Shown piece by piece: positions 42,188 to 57,025 of a DNA stretch of 64,000 nt. This DNA is from Macrostomum lignano (lineage: Eukaryota). The notes below the pieces were generated by a model. It was not told the origin of the DNA, ran no database searches, and was given only the letters and a program-made list of their open reading frames with translations. Position 1 is the stretch's first letter. Each line of letters begins with the position of its first letter. The translations under genes and the position numbers were made by a program. Where the stretch lies: positions 186,001 to 250,000 of the forward strand of contig NIVC01002291.1 in the NCBI GenBank assembly GCA_002269645.1. Direction: 5' to 3'.

Positions 42188-42647
42188 CCTTCTGACCCAG
42201 CTATCTGGGCCTAGCGACCAACACCATCATGCATTACACTACTGAATTGACCAAGGACTTCTAAATTCATGAGCCAACTGAAAAATAGGACTGAAGAAGA
42301 TCTCAGCCAGTGGAACAAGTAGTTATTGCTAGCTAAACGTTCTTAACAGCCAGACTTCCACTCGGACCTGTTGGGTACAGAAATTGTAAAGAAAATATTT
42401 TATTATCGATTTTCGCTTGGCTCTACTGCTAGTAAGTAGTAGGTTGAGCGAGTCTAGTTTTAGATTATTCAAGATTATTCAGAACTATGCACCGCCAGGA
42501 TATTTTATCCAATTCAAGTAGACGGGTAAATTCATTTGTACTTATCTGTGTAGCATATTTGTGCGCTGTGTCATTCATTGATATTTTCGTTGCCAGTCAT
42601 TTGTTGCTTTGTTGTGAATTGAGACCCAAGATTTGAAACTTGAGCTG

Positions 42648-43466
42648 CCGCCCACAGATTCTCAGTTGCTGGGCCAGCCTCCCAGATTCTCAGTTGCTGG
42701 CCAGCCTCCCAGATCCTCAGTTGCTGGGCCAGCCTCCCAGATCCTCAGTTGCTGGGCCAGCCTCCCAGATCCTCAGTTGCTGGGCCAGCCTCCCAGATCC
42801 TCAGTTGCTGGGCCAGCCTCCCAGATCCTCAGTTGCTGGGCCAGCCTCCAAGATCCTCAGTTGCTGGGCCAGCCTCCCAGATCCTCAGTTGCTGGCCAGC
42901 CTCCCAGATCCTCAGTTGCTGGGCCAGCCTCCCAGATCCTCAGTTGCTGGGCCAGCCTCCCAGATCCTCAGTTGCTGGGCCAGCCTCCCAGATCCTCAGT
43001 TGCTGGGCCAGCCTCCAAGATCCTCAGTTGCTGGGCCAGCCTCCCAGATCCTCAGTTGCTGGCCAGCCTCCCAGATCCTCAGTTGCTGGGCCAGCCTCCC
43101 AGATCCTCAGTTGCTGGGCCAGCCTCCCAGATCCTCAGTTGCTGGGCCAGCCTCCCAGATCCTCAGTTGCTGGGCCAGCCTCCAAGATCTTCAGTTGCTG
43201 TGCCAGCCTCCCAGATCCTCAGTTGCTGGGCCAGCCTCCCAGATCCTCAGTTGCTGGGCCAGCCTCCCAGATCCTCAGTTGCTGTGCCAGCCTCCAAGAT
43301 CCTCAGTTGCTGGGCCAGCCTCCCAGATCCTCAGTTGCTGGGCCAGCCTCTCAGATCCTCAGTTGCTGGGCCAGCCTCTCAGATCCTCAGTTGCTGGGCC
43401 AGCCTCCAAGATCTTCAGTTGCTGTGCCAGCCTCCCAGATCCTCAGTTGCGGGGCCAGCCTCCCTG
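42648..43466. repeat. 28-bp minisatellite (CAGTTGCTGGGCCAGCCTCCCAGATCCT)n, ~29 copies
   Basis: Direct periodicity. Confidence 0.96.
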
Positions 43467-44109
43467 CCAGTACCTTTAATTAGGGATTTAAAATCAAGTA
43501 CATTTAAAGACAAAGAAGATTCCTACTGGCACCGATATTCTTGAAAACTGCAGCTGTCCAGCCGTATTTTATTCCTGCGACAACAGATCTCCCCGCTCGC
43601 TTGTTTGTCGGTCTGTGTCCCTGTGCTATTTTTGCTAATCGCTATATTCGAGAATCTCTAAAGCACCGTTCTTTTCTCACCTATGCTCTCTTTACTGATT
43701 TTTACCTTTTCTGTAGTAGTACGCAAGCTTCATTTTACTTGAGTAAAAGAAACCTTACTCGCTAAGTAGTATATAGCGACTGTTGCAGTGGAAAAAATTG
43801 ACTTCTAACGCCAGCGCTTTTGTCTCGTCTGTCTGTCTGTCTATCGATGCCGAGTTTTATCTCTAAGGCTTGTTTAATAACTTTTTTATTAGTTCGTTTG
43901 CACTGGTGCCCCGCCTCCCACCTGTCTCAAGTTGAAAATAAACCGACATTAAATACTCTCTCTCTCTCTTGATGGACTTTCACTGTTAATTATATTGATT
44001 TATTCGAAATCGTAAAGTGTCATAATTATCTAACGTTGCTCTTCTGTTCCTTTTTAATTAGTTTAGTTTGTTTAAATTCAATTGAAGCCCATGCAACCTG
44101 AATCTCTTG

Positions 44110-44932
44110 AAATCAACAAACCCTAGAGAATCTCATAGAAAAATCGCCAAGATAATCTCAACAAGCCGGAGAGAATCTCAAAGAAAAATCGCCAAGATAA
44201 TCTCAACAAGCCGGAGAGAATCCCATAGAAAAATCGCCAAGATAATCTCAACAAACTCGATAGAATCACAGAAAAATCGCCAAGATAATCTCAACTCAAC
44301 AAGCCGGAGAGAATCTCATAGAAAAATCGCCAAGATAATCTCAACAAACTCGATAGAATCTCAGAAAAATCGCCCAGGATAATCTCAACAAACCGGGGAG
44401 AATCTCATAGAAAAATCGCCATGATAATCTCAACAAACTCGATAGAATCTCATAGAAAAATCGCCATGATAATCTCAACAAACCGGGGAGAATCTCATAG
44501 AAAAATCGCCATGATAATCTCAACAAACTCGATAGAATCTCATAGAAAAATCGCCATGATAATCTCAACAAACCGGAGAGAATCTCAGAAAAATCGCCAA
44601 ACAATCTCAACAAACTCGATAGAATCTCAGAAAAATCGCCCAGGATAATCTCAACAAACCGGAGAGAATCTCATAGAAAAATCGCCAAGAAATCTCAACA
44701 AGCCAGAGAGAATCTCATAGAAAAATCGCCCAGGATAATCTCAACAAACCAGAGAATCTCAGAAAAATCGCCCAGGATAATCTCAACAAGCCAGAGAGAA
44801 TCTCCCAGAAATATCACCCAGGATAATCTCAACAAACCGGAGAAAATCTCCCAGAAAAATCACCCAGGATAATCTCAACAAACCCGAGAGAATCTCCCAG
44901 AAAAATCACCCAAGATAATCTCAACAAACCTG
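44110..44932. repeat. ~44-bp minisatellite (AAAATCGCCAAGATAATCTCAACAAACCGGAGAGAATCTCATAGA-like), ~19 copies
   Basis: Direct periodicity with variants. Confidence 0.92.
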
Positions 44933-46128
44933 AATCTTTAGTTCACTGCAAACCTGAGAGATTCCTCATGATTTGTTCTCCCATGAAGTGCCTGTCAAGA
45001 AACTCAGGATTGACTCGCATCTTGTTACAAATCTGGGCAAGGATTAATGCTGCCACTGCTGCTTTCCTATTGGCTGGGAGGCGTCAGTCACTCCGGCCAA
45101 TGGGAGCTCAGTAGCAAGGAGGTAGTTAAAGCTTGATTCAACCATTGAAGTCGGGGCCGCGCAAAGATTAACGGGTGAGTTTGGAGACTGTTCAACCCTA
45201 AGCCCCTATAAAATTATTTTTAACAGCTAAACTGCAAGGATTTACCATACAAAAAGAGAAAGCTTCGAAAGCTGTAATATTTGTCTGGCTGGAATAAATT
45301 AATTGCAAAGGTGAGTACAGCTGCCTACCAATTATTCTGCTTGATGACTTCAACCATGTTCGCTTATGTTGACATTGCAGCGTCCTGACTTAGTGTCTGT
45401 TAAAACTTTCTGAAATTCTGAAAAAATCCATTAGAGAGCCTGAGAGATGGCTTTAATACGAGGTACTAAGTCCTCCTTAATCCCTGAGAAGCACGCACTG
45501 CTCAGCTCCGCTTTGGGGAAATGATTTGTGTAGCTTATAGTGGACAAACTGGGATGTTAGGAGTTGTGTAGCTGAAATACGATACCATTGACAGCAAAGT
45601 GGCTAAGCATGAGGAGGGGGTTGGCTAAGTACCTGATATCCCTTGTGCTCGACCTACTCCTTAACGCAGTGCTCCTGTTAATATTCGCTCCGTTGCATCT
45701 TGAGTTGCCTCAGGTCATGCCATGATGGCTGTGGCAGCCTCTCCCTGCTGCGTCTCTTCTCTTTGTTCCACAAGTGCGCAAGAATCGCCTGGCACAATTG
45801 GGAAATCTGAGTCCGATTGAGAACAACCGGGCTAAAGGCCATGTTAACTGTGTCCTGTGAACTCTCCGTTCACAAGTATAGCGGTTGTAATTTCTTACAT
45901 CATTCGCTTTGAGTCGATGATACGGTCATCCTCTGCAAGCTTTGGGGCGTGCGCTCACACGGTGCACCGCGGCCGTCACTATTCATTTAGCGCTATGCGT
46001 CCTCTATGCTGTCAATGGTAGAGCATGTTAAATGCACTGGATTCTTTTCTGCACATGTGTGCACACTCCGCTTTGGGGTCAACTGCAGCTAAGCAATGAT
46101 CTCTCAAACATCAGAGGGGGGCAGTGCC

Positions 46129-46751
46129 CAGGGGGTGTCGCCATGGATTTAATGGTGGGGGGACAAAGCCAAGAATTCTACATGTACATTATTTTCAGAA
46201 TCGGTGCTATCAGCGTCCATTTTGGCGCCGCAGGCATTCATTTTGGCGCCACAGGCATTTTTTGGCGCCGCAGGCACTCTTGGCGCCAAACACTCATTTT
46301 GGCGCCACAGGCACTCATTTTGGCGCCGTAGGCACTCATTTTGGCGCCACAGGCACTCATTTTGGCACCACAGGCACTCATTTTGGCGCCACAGGCACTC
46401 ATTTTGGCGCCACAGGCATTTTTTGGCGCCGCAGGTACTCTTGGCGCCACAGGCACTCATTTTGACGCCACAGGCACTCATTTTGGCGCCACAGGCACTC
46501 ATTTTGGCGCCGTAGGCACTCATTTTGGCGCTGCAGGCACTCATTTTGGCGCCACAGGCACTCATTTTGGCGCTGCAGGCACTCATTTTGGCGCTGCAGG
46601 CACTCATTTTGGCGCTGCAGGCGCTATGCTTTGTCGTCCTGAAGCAAAATGATTGATTTCCATAATGGGTCGCAAGGTTGGCATGTCCCCCCATACCTTT
46701 TATTGAGGGGGGCATGTTTTCCCTGTCCCCCTCCCGGTGGCGTCGCCCCTG
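46129..46751. mobile_element. hAT-type MITE with an internal 21-bp minisatellite (TTTTGGCGCCACAGGCACTCA)n at ~46219-46622
   Basis: Imperfect TIRs CAGGGGGTGTCGCCA / TGGCGTCGCCCCTG; perfect 8-bp TSD GCAGTGCC at 46121-46128 and 46752-46759. Confidence 0.85.
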
Positions 46752-47177
46752 GCAGTGCCCCTCTGCCCCACCCCCTGTTCCGCAGTCCCTGTCAACCACT
46801 GAATTTCTCATGCTCTGTAGGAAATCACTGCAGCAGTGCGTACAAGCCTTTTTTAACTGATCACCGTATGTTCTCATTAATTATTTATGGAATTTCTGAT
46901 GCTCTGTCGAACAAAGCATAGGAGGAATCAGTGAGGGAACTCTTCATCGTTTGAGCTGCTCTTGAGTCTTTTGGGTTCATTTAGTCTTTAAATGTTTAAC
47001 TAAATAGTCAGACAGGGTTTTTATGGCGGAGGCAGCCCAAGTTGAGTTCATTGTTCTTTGTCTGTTGGTCTGGTTTGAGCAGTCAGACTCACAGCAGCAT
47101 CTTTGCATCAAGACAAGCTTCGGTTTCGTTGTCAATTCAATTCTGCAAAGCATCTCCCATGGCCCTTAGGGGTGACA

Positions 47178-47535
47178 GGGGGGGGGGGGGTAGCCCAGTG
47201 GTCTGGCGCGGCGCTCTGATGTTCTAGCGGCCCAGGCTCGATTCCAAGTGCAGTCGCATTAATTTGGGGCTAAATTGGAATCTCGGCTTGGCTCTGCTCG
47301 TGCAATTAACGCCATTGATGGCCAATCCCCAAGGCACAGTGAAGTGTACATGCTGAACGATAAATAAAGTTTGGGCCGCTGTACACTCCTGTGTGAGTGT
47401 GTGCCTGTGCGTATGACTGCGTACGTATCCGCGCGCTTGTGTGCCTGCTCAGGGGAGTCGGCGGAATGGGCAGCAATGCCTCTCTCCGGTTGTGCGACAA
47501 TGTCGCTTAAAGTGCGCCAGGGTGCACACAAGCCT
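47178..47535 (+). mobile_element. tRNA-derived SINE, copy 3 (near full length)
   Basis: A-box-like TAGCCCAGTGG, B-box-like GGCTCGATTCC, body shared with the other two copies. Confidence 0.85.
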
Positions 47536-47947
47536 GTAAGCTAAACTATCTGTAACAACATGTAGGTGACAGGACCGCTTGGTGACTTCATACTTGAGCA
47601 GAGTCTCAGCTCCTCATTCTCACTTCGGTGCTCAACTTTTACTAAATGCGAATCATCTGCAGCCGCAAATCTTTCTTCATCTTTTGCATTTTCATTTCTA
47701 AATGAATGAGAGAACACTGGGGGGCTCGGTTAAGAGACCATGGTAGACTCATCAGAGAAGATTAGGGCGGCGGGACCGCATCCTGAATGCAAGGATTTAG
47801 TGAAGCAGCATTATTATTAATATTATTATTATTATTGTGACAACCCGCCCAGACTAACCAACAATGGCCTCCAATACACTCTCTGCGGCACAATGCTTTT
47901 GACCTGGCCGTGGGGTTGCGGGAGAAAAGATTTTGAGGGACTACATG

Positions 47948-47948
47948 C

Positions 47949-48013
<65 letters not shown>
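47948..48013. repeat. (GT)n microsatellite
   Basis: Direct. Confidence 0.97.
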
Positions 48014-48015
<2 letters not shown>

Positions 48016-48624
48016 GGAGCTCTGGATGCGGGACTGCAAAACCAGCGCCTCAGATCCAAGTGCGGGCGGTTGCCGCCGCCCCCCCCCCTTCATCGGGCCC
48101 ATCAGGAAGTTGTCCGCATTGACCTAGTGGCTCAGAACCGCGGGAATCACTGCGGCCATTGTGGATGGTGAGCACACGGGGCTGGGGGTGGTGTTAGTGT
48201 CACAGTTGAGCACTGTGGGGACTGCAGATTAAGGCCCAGCATTATTCATTCGCTCTGTAGAATTCCTTTGTCACGCAATCCAGATCAGCGGAAGAGATGT
48301 CAGAGAGCGACTCCAGAGCTGCTGTACCTTCAGCAAACCCAGCATTTCCCCGATCGCACACATTCTCTCTCAGCCGAAAATTATCCTAGCGCCATGAGCG
48401 TCGATAATCTGATGTCGAGTTTTCGAACTGTCGCATTCGCGTGAGAAGGAAATTCTGTGCAGCAAAGAAACTCAAGAAGAATGCTTTCAGAGTTTTCAGG
48501 GATTGTGTAAAGTTTTTACTTCTTTTGATCGAAGTCTTGTTTAACTTGCTTTGCTTCTATTAGCAATGTTCTGCTGCTGGGAAATGGATAGGGTTCGAGT
48601 CTGCGGAACACAAGTGGATCTCCG

Positions 48625-49672
48625 CCTTTCCATCCACTCTCCGACTTTCCCCATCCACTCTCCGCCTTTCCCCATCCACTCTCCGCCTTTTCCCATCCAC
48701 TCTCCGCCTTTTCCCATCCACTCTCCGCCTTTCCCCATCCACTCTCCGCCTTTCCCCATCCACTCTCCGCCTTTTCCCATCCACTCTCCGCCTTTTCCCA
48801 TCCACTCTCCGCCTTTCCCCATCCACTCTCCGCCTTTTCCCATCCACTCTCCACCTTTCCCCATCCACTCTCCGCCTTTCCCCATCCACTCTCCACCTTT
48901 CCCCCTCCACGCTCCACCTTTCCCCATCCACGCTCCACCTTTCCCCATCCACGCTCCACCTTTCCCCATCCACTCTCCACCTTTCCCCATCCACTCTCCG
49001 CCTTTCCCCATCCACTCTCCACCTTTCCCCATCCACGCTCCACCTTTCCCCATCCACTCTCCGCCTTTCCCCATCCACTCTCCACCTTTCCCATCGACTC
49101 TCCACCTTTCCCCATCCACTCTCCACCTTTTCCCATCCACTCTCCACCTTTCCCCATCCACTCTCCGCCTTTTCCCATCCACTCTCCACCTTTCCCCATC
49201 CACTCTCCGCCTTTCCCCATCCACTCTCCACCTTTCCCCATCCACTCTCCGCCTTTTCCCATCCACTCTCCACCTTTCCCCATCAACTCTCCACCTTTCC
49301 CCATCCACTCCACCTTTCCCATCCACTCTCCACCTTTCCCCCTCGACTCTCCGCCTTTCCCCATCCACTCTCCGCCTTTCCCCATCCACTCTCCGCCTTT
49401 TCCCATCCACTCTCCACCTTTTCCCATCCACTCTCCGCCTTTTCCCATCCACTCTCCACCTTTCCCCCTCGACTCTCCGCCTTTCCCCATCCACTCTCCG
49501 CCTTTCCCCATCCACTCTCCGCCTTTTCCCATTCACTCTCCACCTTTTCCCATCCACTCTCCGCCTTTTCCCATCCACTCTCCACCTTTTCCCATCCACT
49601 CTCCGCCTTTCCCCATCCACTCTCCGCCTTTCCCCATCGACTCTCCGCCTTTCCCCATCGACTCTTGCATCC
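48625..49672. repeat. 21-bp polypyrimidine minisatellite (CCCCATCCACTCTCCGCCTTT)n, ~50 copies
   Basis: Direct periodicity. Confidence 0.96.
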
Positions 49673-50497
49673 CCTACTCTCATAGCTAGCTTAATCCTAT
49701 CAATAAACAGCAGACACGGGTCTAGACAAGCGCCGCTAAAACGCTGCCTATATCGGATAAATATTCTGCAGCAGCAGCCAATAATGGTGCAAAAGTGGCT
49801 TGTCTCTCATCTCTCAACTGTCATAGTTATAGGAGACACTGGCCTAAGGCTGTTCATTGTCTGATTGCCCAAGTCCGTCTATGGAGAGCACAGACTCTCA
49901 GCTCCAAGCCACTTCAACATCGAGAAGGAGGAAGTAGCTGCTGCTGCTGCTGCTGCTGCTGTTGTTGGGCTCTTCAGAGCAGCCTAAAATATGCTCTGTG
50001 TGTATATAGCAGTGTGTGCTGTGCCTTTCCTGTGACTGACAGAGCAGATCCCGATTGAGCTATGGCACTGGGAGGGAGGGGTTGGCGGGTAGAGATTTCC
50101 TGCACTGCTCATAACTCCCTGCTGCCGCACAGGCTCACGGAACCAGCTCCACACGCCAGGGTAGTTGAGAGAGAAAATCTTCTTGTTTTCGACCATCATT
50201 TTCCCTCACCTTTGTCCCCTGCACCCAACTCCAGCTTTACTTGAAATTAGTCATACATCATCCGGGGGTCCTTGGCACTTGTGCTTCCGTGTGTCCAACC
50301 CGCATTAGCCCTCCCATTGAGTCTCTTATCTGAGCAGGAAATCAAACAGAGATAGGGGAGGCAGATTGACTCAAAAAACCAACTCATTGCTGTGCTGCGA
50401 TTTCCCCAGCATTTTTTTGCGAATCCCGCTTGCAATTACAGCCACATTTTCAAACTCCATTTGGCTGTGATGAGAGATGGGACACTGAGAGCGATCA

Positions 50498-51206
<709 letters not shown>

Positions 51207-52667
51207 AATCTACAAAGAAACTTCCCCTCAAAATCCTTTCCTTCGCATAGCCTTGGGGAAAAATATTCCTCAAAGGGGAAGTCGCAGCAGACTCATAATT
51301 TATTACTCAAACGGCTGTCTGATTCTCACATTTATTTCCTCCAAATTAACTCTTCAACGGATAAAAAGATTCGCAAGATAATCAGGAAAGGTTGCCTTAG
51401 GCCCGTTGCCTGTTCCATTTTAACATGAAAGCTTCTAATACAAAGATCGCAAATCAGTAATGCTCCTTGGTAAACTTAACTACACTACATATCGGCAGTG
51501 TGTCTTTCAGAAGACTTGCGCAAGGTCAAGCAGGGCGTACAGAGCCTCTGATGCATTTATTAATTGAACTTTTCCTTATTGCCTTTTGAAAGAAGTTGCC
51601 CATGAGAACCGAACCTAAGGAATCTATGGAATCGAACCCCGATCCTTCCGCCACCTTGTGACCTCTTCAAACCAGCCGGGGCCACAGGCTGTTAAAAAAT
51701 TGGTTAAAAAGACAGGAAAACAAGAATCGGCCATTTCTTCTGTGGAAGCACTAAACTTGCTGTCTCTTCTTCTTCAAGCAAAAACATCCTCCCACTTTTT
51801 TGCTTGGCGTGAAAGGCAATACGCCTGACGGCCCTTTCCCAGCTGGGACAGAAGCAAGAGATTGCCCAGAGATAAAGCTGTCATGCTTGCGGAGGCGTGG
51901 CAGGTCCATCCGCCCCTGTCTTCTAGGAGAGGAAGACCTGGGTCTCAGCGGTTCAAGTTTTACTGTTTCTGCTAAAAAGCCACCGTGAAACAATGCAGCG
52001 ATTTTGCTTAAAAAACACGGTTGCCCATGCAGTTGCTGCGGCAGGAGAAAAGCAGAAAGAAATTCTGTTGCAACAATTGGCCGCTGTTGCTTGCGCTGCT
52101 GTCTCTTTCGGCTCGCTCATCTCATCCGACACTTTTTTTGAGTTCGCCAGCAGCGGAACTGGCTCTGTCACGAATGTCGAATTATCAATCGGGAGAGAGA
52201 GAGTAACCAGAAGCGACTGAGGGTTAGGGATAGATGAAGTCGAGTGAGCGAGAGAGACTGGGGGAGAACGCCAGAAATCCCAATGGGGAATTAAGATGAG
52301 AAGATTCCCCAAGCGCAGCAAAATCCCATTTTCGCCAACATTTTCCCCGGAGGTGCACGTGGCTTCGGTTTAGAGACAGGGGGGGGGGCACCGCGGCCAG
52401 CAGCAGCCATGGGCGGAGTTGGCGCTAATTTGACGGGCCTTCGGGTTGCACGCCACTTGAGCCGCTCTTTAGCCACTTGTCCGCCGCCGCAGCCCCTCCC
52501 ATCAGCTGCGCGATGAGCGTCACGCGACCCCTCAGAGACCGGCGAAGGGGTAAGAGAGAGAGAGAGAGAGAGAAAGAAAAGGGCAAAGCGTTTTTTCGAA
52601 AAAAAATCGAAATATGAGCAACTTGTTTGCAGGATTTTTGAACCTCATATAGTGGGAAAACTGAGTA

Positions 52668-53628
52668 GGTAAGTGAGCTCCTGAGTTAGTTCGCGAGTGG
52701 GTTTATGGGTGAGTTCATAAGTGAGTTCATGAGTGAGTTCATGAGTGAGTTCATAAGTGAGTTCATAAGTGAGTTCATGTGTCAAGTCATGAGTGAGTTC
52801 ATGAATAAAGTCATGAGTGAGTTCATGAGTGAGTTCATGAGTGAGTTCATGAGTCAAGTCATGAGTGAGTTTATGAGTGAGTTCATAAGTGATTTCATGT
52901 GTCAAGTCATGAGTGAGTTCATAAGTGAGTTCATGTGTCAAGTCATGAGTGAGTTCATAAGTGAGTTCATGTGTCAAGTCATGAGTGAGTTCATAAGTGA
53001 GTTCATGTGTCAAGTCATGAGTGAGTTCATAAGTAAGTTCATGAGTCAAGTCATGAGTGAGTTAATAAGTGAGTTCATGTGTCAAGTCATGAGTGAGTTC
53101 ATAAGTGAGTTCATGTGTCAAGTCATGAGTGAGTTCATGAATAAAGTCATGAGTGAGTTCATGAATAAAGTCATGAGTGAGTTCATGAGTGAGTTCATGA
53201 GTGAGTTCATGAGTCAAGTCATGAGTGAGTTTATGAGTGAGTTCATAAGTGATTTCATGTGTCAAGTCATGAGTGAGTTCATGTGTCAAGTCATGAGTGA
53301 GTTCATAAGTGAGTTCATGTGTCAAGTCATGAGTGAGTTCATGAGTGAGTTCATGTGTCAAGTCATGAGTGAGTTCATAAGTGAGTTCATGTGTCAAGTC
53401 ATGAGTGAGTTCATGAATAAAGTCATGAGTGAGTTCATGAGGGAGTTCATGAGTGAGTTCATGAGTGAGTTCATGTGTCAAGTTATGAGTGAGTTCATGA
53501 ATAAAGTCATGAGTGAGTTCATGAGTGAGTTCATGAGTGAGTTCATGAGTCAATTCATGAGTGAGTTCATGAGTCAAGTCATGAGTGAGTTCATGAGTCA
53601 AGTCATGAGTGAGCTCATGGGTGAGCTC
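52668..53628. repeat. 12-bp-based minisatellite (GAGTGAGTTCAT / GTGTCAAGTCAT variants), ~80 units
   Basis: Direct periodicity. Confidence 0.95.
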
Positions 53629-54833
53629 TATCAGTAGCAGAGCTGGCAGTCGCACCGTAACTCGCAGAGTTGGAGGATTAAGACCAATCAACTTCGGGGT
53701 CTCAGCTGCGCTGAGCCTAAAAACCGAAATCCCCTTAGAAAAAATGAGATATAAAATGATCGAGTTCAATAATGGAGGCTCATGACCCGCAGGAGCAGCA
53801 GTCATTCCTATCTGCTGTCCTAAAGGAGCGTAAAAAAAGCAACACAGAAGCCCCTCCTGCAGGCTTCATGACAACAAAATATTGCTAAGTCGCATATGCG
53901 GAAAATTTGGGCAAGAATTATTAGAGCGAAATCCCATTGAGAGGATCAGATTTAGGGGAAGACTAGTATGGCTTTAGCGGGGCGCCCACCCACCTCCTCC
54001 CAGCCCAGCTGCAACTCATAACTCCCTGTGGAGCTCTCGGCGGGGGGTCATAAAAACCGGGACAGTTTCTCAACCGCATCATCCGACTGCGGGCTTCGTT
54101 TTGTCTTATCGGATCTCGTGGCCTATAAATACGGTGAAAACTTTTTCCAAGCTCACTGAATTGGAATGACGGTCGGATTGATAATAATAATTTATGTCCA
54201 CCATTTATGTTTATTACCAAGCTCATGGACTGTGATGCAACGATTCAATTTTGCTCGGTTGATTTTAATTCAGTATGTGGCTAATATGGGTCTAATATGG
54301 TTGTATTATGAGGCTAATACACTACTCAGGTATTAAATGCCTTCTGTGCAAAATTCTGTGCAAAATCTATTGAAGGTTAGGCCTCATAAATATGATTTCA
54401 TGTAATAATATTTTATATTTAACAATATAGCGGCAGTCTAATTTATAGTATATCTTAACCCACTTCTAAGTATGACAAATACTTATCTATATATCGCAAT
54501 GGAATGGGAGTCTCCGCTCCCTCTCCCTCTCGGCTTATGAGCACCAGCGGCTTAGGGGGACAAGGGAGAGGAAATGACTTTTGCGAGCTTAGAGATTGCA
54601 GCGAAGGGGCTTCTAAGGGGGCAACAGTTTTAAGGGGACCGGAGTGAATTCTGAAGAGGCCCGATGGGTTGTGTGTGGGTGTGGGGTTGGTGCAGAGGCT
54701 GGGAGGACCAGAAAAAAGTGGGAAAATTGAATTCTTTTCTCTTTCTGGGCTACAGACTTTCTCCCCTGGCTACTTGGGTTTTACTTCCCAATATCTAGAA
54801 CGAAGGTCAAGGATGCGATTGCTTGGCCCCTGG

Positions 54834-54990
54834 CAGTGGCATAGCCAGGATTTTCAATTGGGGAGCGTATTTTGGGGCGGCAGCACCAAGGGGCGCCAGC
54901 ACCAAGGGGCGCCAGCACCAAGGGGCGCCAGCACCAAGGGGCGCCAGCACCAAGGGGCGCCAGCACCAAGGGGCGCCAGCACCAAGGTGC
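54834..54990. mobile_element. Partial hAT-like MITE end followed by a 16-bp minisatellite (GCACCAAGGGGCGCCA)n
   Basis: Starts CAGTGGCATAGCCAGG (typical hAT-MITE terminus); no matching second TIR or TSD found; ~6 repeat copies at 54880-54985. Confidence 0.45.
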
Positions 54991-56637
54991 CCCCTAGGCT
55001 AATTCATAATTTTGTCTATATGAGCTACTGCGGTCCGTATATTGTATGAAGTGCAGGAATTCACTAGGAATGGAAGACTCAGTCAGTATGCAGCTAAGTG
55101 AGCACTCAGTCAGTAACAGTAGCAGAAAGAAATTGCTCAGACAAGGCAAACCTCTCTCTCCCAATGCATAAAACAAGCATTAGCAATAGCCATAAAAGTG
55201 TTTTTGTTTAAATGGAGAGTTGTATAAAAGACACGCACTGGGCGGGGGTAGAGCTCATGTCGACTTGAAATACCAGCTGCAATCCTCAGATCCTCAGATA
55301 GTGAAGGAAGCAAAGCGCTTGCTATAATATGGAGACAGTGGAAAACAAACATTTTTTGTCGTCAATCATTAAAATCCCGCGTTTAAGACTAGCTAACAGT
55401 GGAATAGCGGTTTCCATACTTGGTAATACTTGTAGAGAGGAATCGACGAAAACTTTGGCGGATAAAAAAAATATGTTTTTTTGAAGAGGTTTGCAAGAGC
55501 GTTAGTGATGAGCAAACAGTGCTACGAGTCCAGTGTCCGCTGCTCCCAATACTATAGTAGTCGATCTCCGCTCTCTGTCTCAGGCACTAGAGCTTAACTA
55601 CAAGGGCTCTTCAGCGCTCAGACTTCCACTTCTTCATTGGAACAATTTAAAACGGCGCGGCATTGACCGACGAGTTGCGAGTTTCGCTGAGGGGCGGGAA
55701 CTGTTGCGGCTTGCATTCTATTCTAAACTACTCATGTTTTACACGAGTCCCGATTGGCGCATGTTTTCCACTATAATGCTACGGGCGGCGGCAGCAATCG
55801 AAAAGAGAGAGAGAGAGGGGGAGAGGGCGGAGAGCAGGGGTTCAGGAGAGTGGGAGAATTCTCACTAGGGGGCGCGATCCCTTCACCTACAGCACCCCCC
55901 CCCCCGATACCCCTCTGCCGGCTGGAAGCTTGAGCACAGCAGCTGCTGCCGCTGTGTTTGAGAAGAAGACTGGAGGGTCGGCTAGGGCGGAACTGCTGAC
56001 ACAGAGCTGAGCAAGTTTTATTGCGCAGCATTTTGGTAAACTCGCAGTAGTCAGCTGCTTAAAAACTCGCTGATTTCTCTACTGTCTTCCCTCAGCTGCG
56101 ACTCCTGAGCCTCCCCCCGAGCAGCTCTTCAAAGTTTTTATCGCAGGGGTAGGAGGGGAGAATTGGGAGAGGCGGTTCGCGCGCCAATCTCAATGATATG
56201 TTTGTCTTTAATTTCAGTCGGGAAATATTCAAATTCTAATAGTGAGCTTGGGAGGTCGGAAAGGGGGTCGAGTCCCAAGGCCAAACTAGACTATAAGGGG
56301 TGGCCGATGCGGCCTCTGTTTACCCAGTTTGAAGAGGCCAAAGCACAGGGAAGAGACACTGCAATGGGTTGCTTTGCTGGGCTAAACCACTTTTTGTGTT
56401 TTTTTTTCCCAAAACTGCCTTTCCATGTGGGTTCCTTGTGCTGTGGGAAAAGTTTACACCGAGCACTGGCTGAGCAAGCAGAGGGAAGCGGTGCGTTTAT
56501 TTAACGGAGAGAAAATGGACAAGAGGTTGGTCATGATTTTACCAGTATGTACTCGAGAATGGGCACCGCCAGAGTCATTTTATCACATTCTCGGACACCC
56601 TGTCTATAGTGCGATCAATGACTAGCCACATAATATT

Positions 56638-56872
56638 GACCTCACTCCGAAATGTACACTGACAAAAGCAATTGTGTCTATCATCAGCCTTCCTCTCTAA
56701 CCCATTAGCGCCCACCTCACTCCGCAATGTACACTGACAAAAGCAATTGTGTCTATCATCAGCCTTCCTCTCTAACCCAGCTGCGCCCACCTCACTCCGC
56801 AATGTACACTGACAAAAGCAATTGCGTCTATCATCAGCCTTCCTCTCTAACCCATTGGCGCCCACCTCACTC
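56638..56872. repeat. 75-bp tandem repeat, 3 copies, upstream of the protocadherin CDS
   Basis: CTCACTCC recurs at 56641, 56716 and 56791. Confidence 0.93.
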
Positions 56873-57025
56873 CACTATTGATCCGATTTAGATGTTTTAG
56901 GAGCCCTCCCCGAAGGGGGCGCAAATGACTAGTCCACATATACTAAATATTTAGCCTATGCAAAGCGTAGCACACAGTCACCTTCTCTGCTTCAATTGCA
57001 TTGCAGGCAACAGTAAGTGCAGCAA

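Noticed and set aside
48106-48167. Possible small exon (CATCAG|GAAGTT...GGATG|GTGAGC, EVVRIDLVAQNRGNHCGHCG)
   Set aside because: Splice-like flanks, but no partner exons or homology; cannot be supported without transcript data.
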